Part shown: piece by piece, positions 61,729 through 64,000 of the stretch
Position numbering within the stretch: the first letter of the stretch is position 1
Layout of the letters: every line of letters starts with the position of its first letter
Assembly (NCBI RefSeq): GCF_963921235.1
Contig: NC_086100.1
Location: forward strand, 65,038,001 to 65,102,000
Direction of reading: 5' to 3'
Source: Mobula hypostoma
Taxonomy: Eukaryota
Length of the DNA: 64,000 nt
The notes under the pieces: model-generated
Told to the model about the DNA's origin: nothing
Seen by the model: only the letters and a program-made list of their open reading frames with translations
Database searches by the model: none
Program-made: the position numbers and the translations under genes

Positions 61729-61786
61729 ATGCCGACCGTCAGTGTGAAGCGGGATTTGTTATTTCGGGCTTTAGGGCAAACGTACA
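61729..61786 (+). CDS. FARSB: Phenylalanyl-tRNA synthetase beta subunit, coding exon 1 (gene continues beyond window)
   Basis: ACC ATG; MPTVSVKRDLLFRALGQTY, nearly identical to the vertebrate FARSB N-terminus; donor CA|GTGAGT at 61787. Confidence 0.96.
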
Positions 61787-62423
61787 GTGAGTTTATTGAT
61801 TGATTCACTCATTCATTGTAGACGTGTCGGTGGCTTGAGGGTCTCGGTGAACGACGATGGGGGGGTGAAAGAAAGATCACACACGGGGCGGGGACAGATA
61901 CGGACTGACGGAGGGGATGGTGAGGAAGCTGAAGCGGCAGGGTGGACTGTACAATGTAAAATGTGCAACATCAGACAGGCTGTGTGGAGCCTCCGCTAGA
62001 ACCACAGAGCAATACAGCGTGGATGCAGGCCCTTCTAGGGTCCTGTATTCATTCATTTGAACACCCTTCCGTCCCGCGATTGCATCACGCAGCCGGCGTT
62101 TGCATTCCTGTGGTTGCAGCGTGCAATGGGCGTTCTCCTCCTTTCCGATAAATATATTTTATTCAACAAACAGCGTCAAATAGTGCAGATACGGGCCATT
62201 CGGCCCACTACACCTATGCTGTCCCTTTTGTCTATTTACGAGGAATGGCGTATATTTCGGGTGGAGACCCTGCAACAGCCCTGATGTTGACAATCGCTTT
62301 GCCTCCCTAGATACTGCATGACCCACTGAGTTCCTCCAGCAGTTTGCCTTTGCTGCAGATTGCAGCACCTGTGGGTTCTTGTGTATCCATATCATTCTGT
62401 CTTGCCCATTGAAGTATACAGTA

Positions 62424-62627
62424 AAACACATAAAAATTGCTGGTGAACGCAGCAGGGCAGGCAGCATCTCTAGGAAGAGGTACAGTCGACGTTTCGGGCC
62501 GAAACCCTTCGTCAGGCCCGAAACGTCGACTGTACCTCTTCCTAGAGATGCTGTCTGGCCTGCTGCGTTCACCAGCAACTTTTATGTGTTTTGCTTGAAA
62601 TTCCGGCATCTGCAGATTTCCTCGTGT
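62424..62627. mobile_element. Very short fold-back Penelope-derived insertion in FARSB intron 1
   Basis: ~77-bp stem (62424-62500 with 62515-62591), 14-nt loop. 15-bp TSD TTGAAGTATACAGTA at 62409-62423 and 62628-62642. Confidence 0.92.
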
Positions 62628-62844
62628 TTGAAGTATACAGTATGTCAAAACGACTCTAACATATAGTGATTATATCTGATGCCACCATCTCACCTGTCAT
62701 TGCGTTCTTCGGGGGGGGGGGCGCGCGAGCGGGGAGAGGGTTGAAAGTAAACTTTTGCCCGTTGAAATACCTTCTCGTTTGTGTCTGTTACCCCTTCGGT
62801 GGAAAATATTTTGACTGTCTACCCTATCTGTGCTGCCTATTTCA

Positions 62845-64000
62845 CAGTTACACGAAAGCGTTTGTGAACCCTTTGCAATTACCTGTTTTTCTGCATTAAT
62901 CACTCATAAAATTTGGTCTGATCTTCGTCTAAGTCACAATAATACACAAACACAATCTGCTTGAACTACTAACACACAAACAATTGTATTTTTCATGCCT
63001 TTATTGAACACAGTGTTTAATCACTATCAGTCCAGGCTGGAAAAGGTATGTGAACCCTTGTATTTAATAACTGGTAGAACCTCCTTTAGCAGCAGTAATC
63101 TCCAAATGTTTCCTGATCAGACTTGCACAATGGCAAGGAGGAATTTTAGACCATTCCTCCATACAAAACTGTTTCAGTTCATCAATATTTCTAGAATACC
63201 TTGCATGAACAGTCCTCTTCAGGTCATGCCACAGCATCTCAATTGGGTTAAGATCTGGATTCTGAGTTGGCCATTCCAAAACACGAATTTCCTTCCTTTT
63301 AAACCATTTGTTGTTGATTTTCCCTTGTATTTCGGATCATTGTCTTATTGCATCATCCAACTTCTATTAAGCTTCAGATGACAGACTGCTATCCTGACAT
63401 TCTCCTGTAAAATGTCTTAATACAATGCTGAATTCATTGTTCCCTCAATAATTGCAAGCTTTACTGCCCTGAGGCAGTAAAGCAGTCCCAAACCATGATG
63501 CTCCTTCCACCATGCTTCACAGTTGGGATGAGGTTTTGGTGTTGGTATGAAGTGCCTTTTTTCCTCCAAACGTAGTGTTGCACATCTCTACAAAAAGTTC
63601 AATGTTTATCTCATCTGTCCACAGAACATTGTCCCAGAAGCATTGTGGAACATCCAGGTGGTGTTTGCAAACTTGAGACATGCAAGTTTCCGTACTGGTG
63701 TTTTTTTTGGGAGAGCATTGGTTTTCTCCATTTTGTCCTTCCATGAACACCATTCTTGTTCAGTCTTTTTCTTATAGTGGACACATGAACAGAGACTTTA
63801 GCAAGTTCTAGAGATTTCTGCAGGTCTTTTGCTGTTATCCTTAGGTTCTTTTTCACCTCCTTCAGCATTTCACATTGTGCTCTTGGTTCAATCTTTGCAG
63901 GACGCCCACTCCTAGCAAGAGTGACACAGTACTGAATTTCCTCCATTTATAGACAGGTTCTCTTCTGTGGACTGATGATCACTCAGGTCATTAGAAATGT
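62845..64000 (-). mobile_element. Tc1-like DNA transposon (IR/DR type), pseudogenised transposase, continues beyond window
   Basis: RSGRPAKI..., VHVSTIRKRLNKNG.HGR, VLWTDE, WPTQNPDLNPIEMLWHDLK. Terminal CAGT with the TGTGAACCCTT direct repeat at ~62862 and ~63049. Confidence 0.92.

Overview
Vertebrate genomic DNA. The repeat content (CR1, Rex1/Babar, Neptune-type Penelope) suggests a cartilaginous fish, which is inference. The window holds a complete six-exon MOGAT1 gene on the minus strand (CDS 48544->22759, 1008 nt, 335 aa, HPHG motif). The first coding exon of FARSB lies head-to-head on the plus strand (ATG 61729). At the left edge is a CpG-rich promoter with a probable non-coding first exon on the minus strand, most likely ACSL3 by synteny. 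The rest is dense, often nested transposon debris: Gypsy, L1/Tx1, CR1, L2, Rex1/Babar, RTE, HERO-like, Tigger and Tc1. The most striking structure is a family of Penelope-derived insertions carrying minimal type I hammerhead ribozyme motifs (about 9 clear copies). Most are fold-back palindromes flanked by 13-15 bp target-site duplications, with one long and one ~30-nt shorter terminus. They sit in MOGAT1 introns, downstream of MOGAT1, in the FARSB promoter and in FARSB intron 1. All coordinates were read by eye; repeat boundaries without TSDs are approximate.
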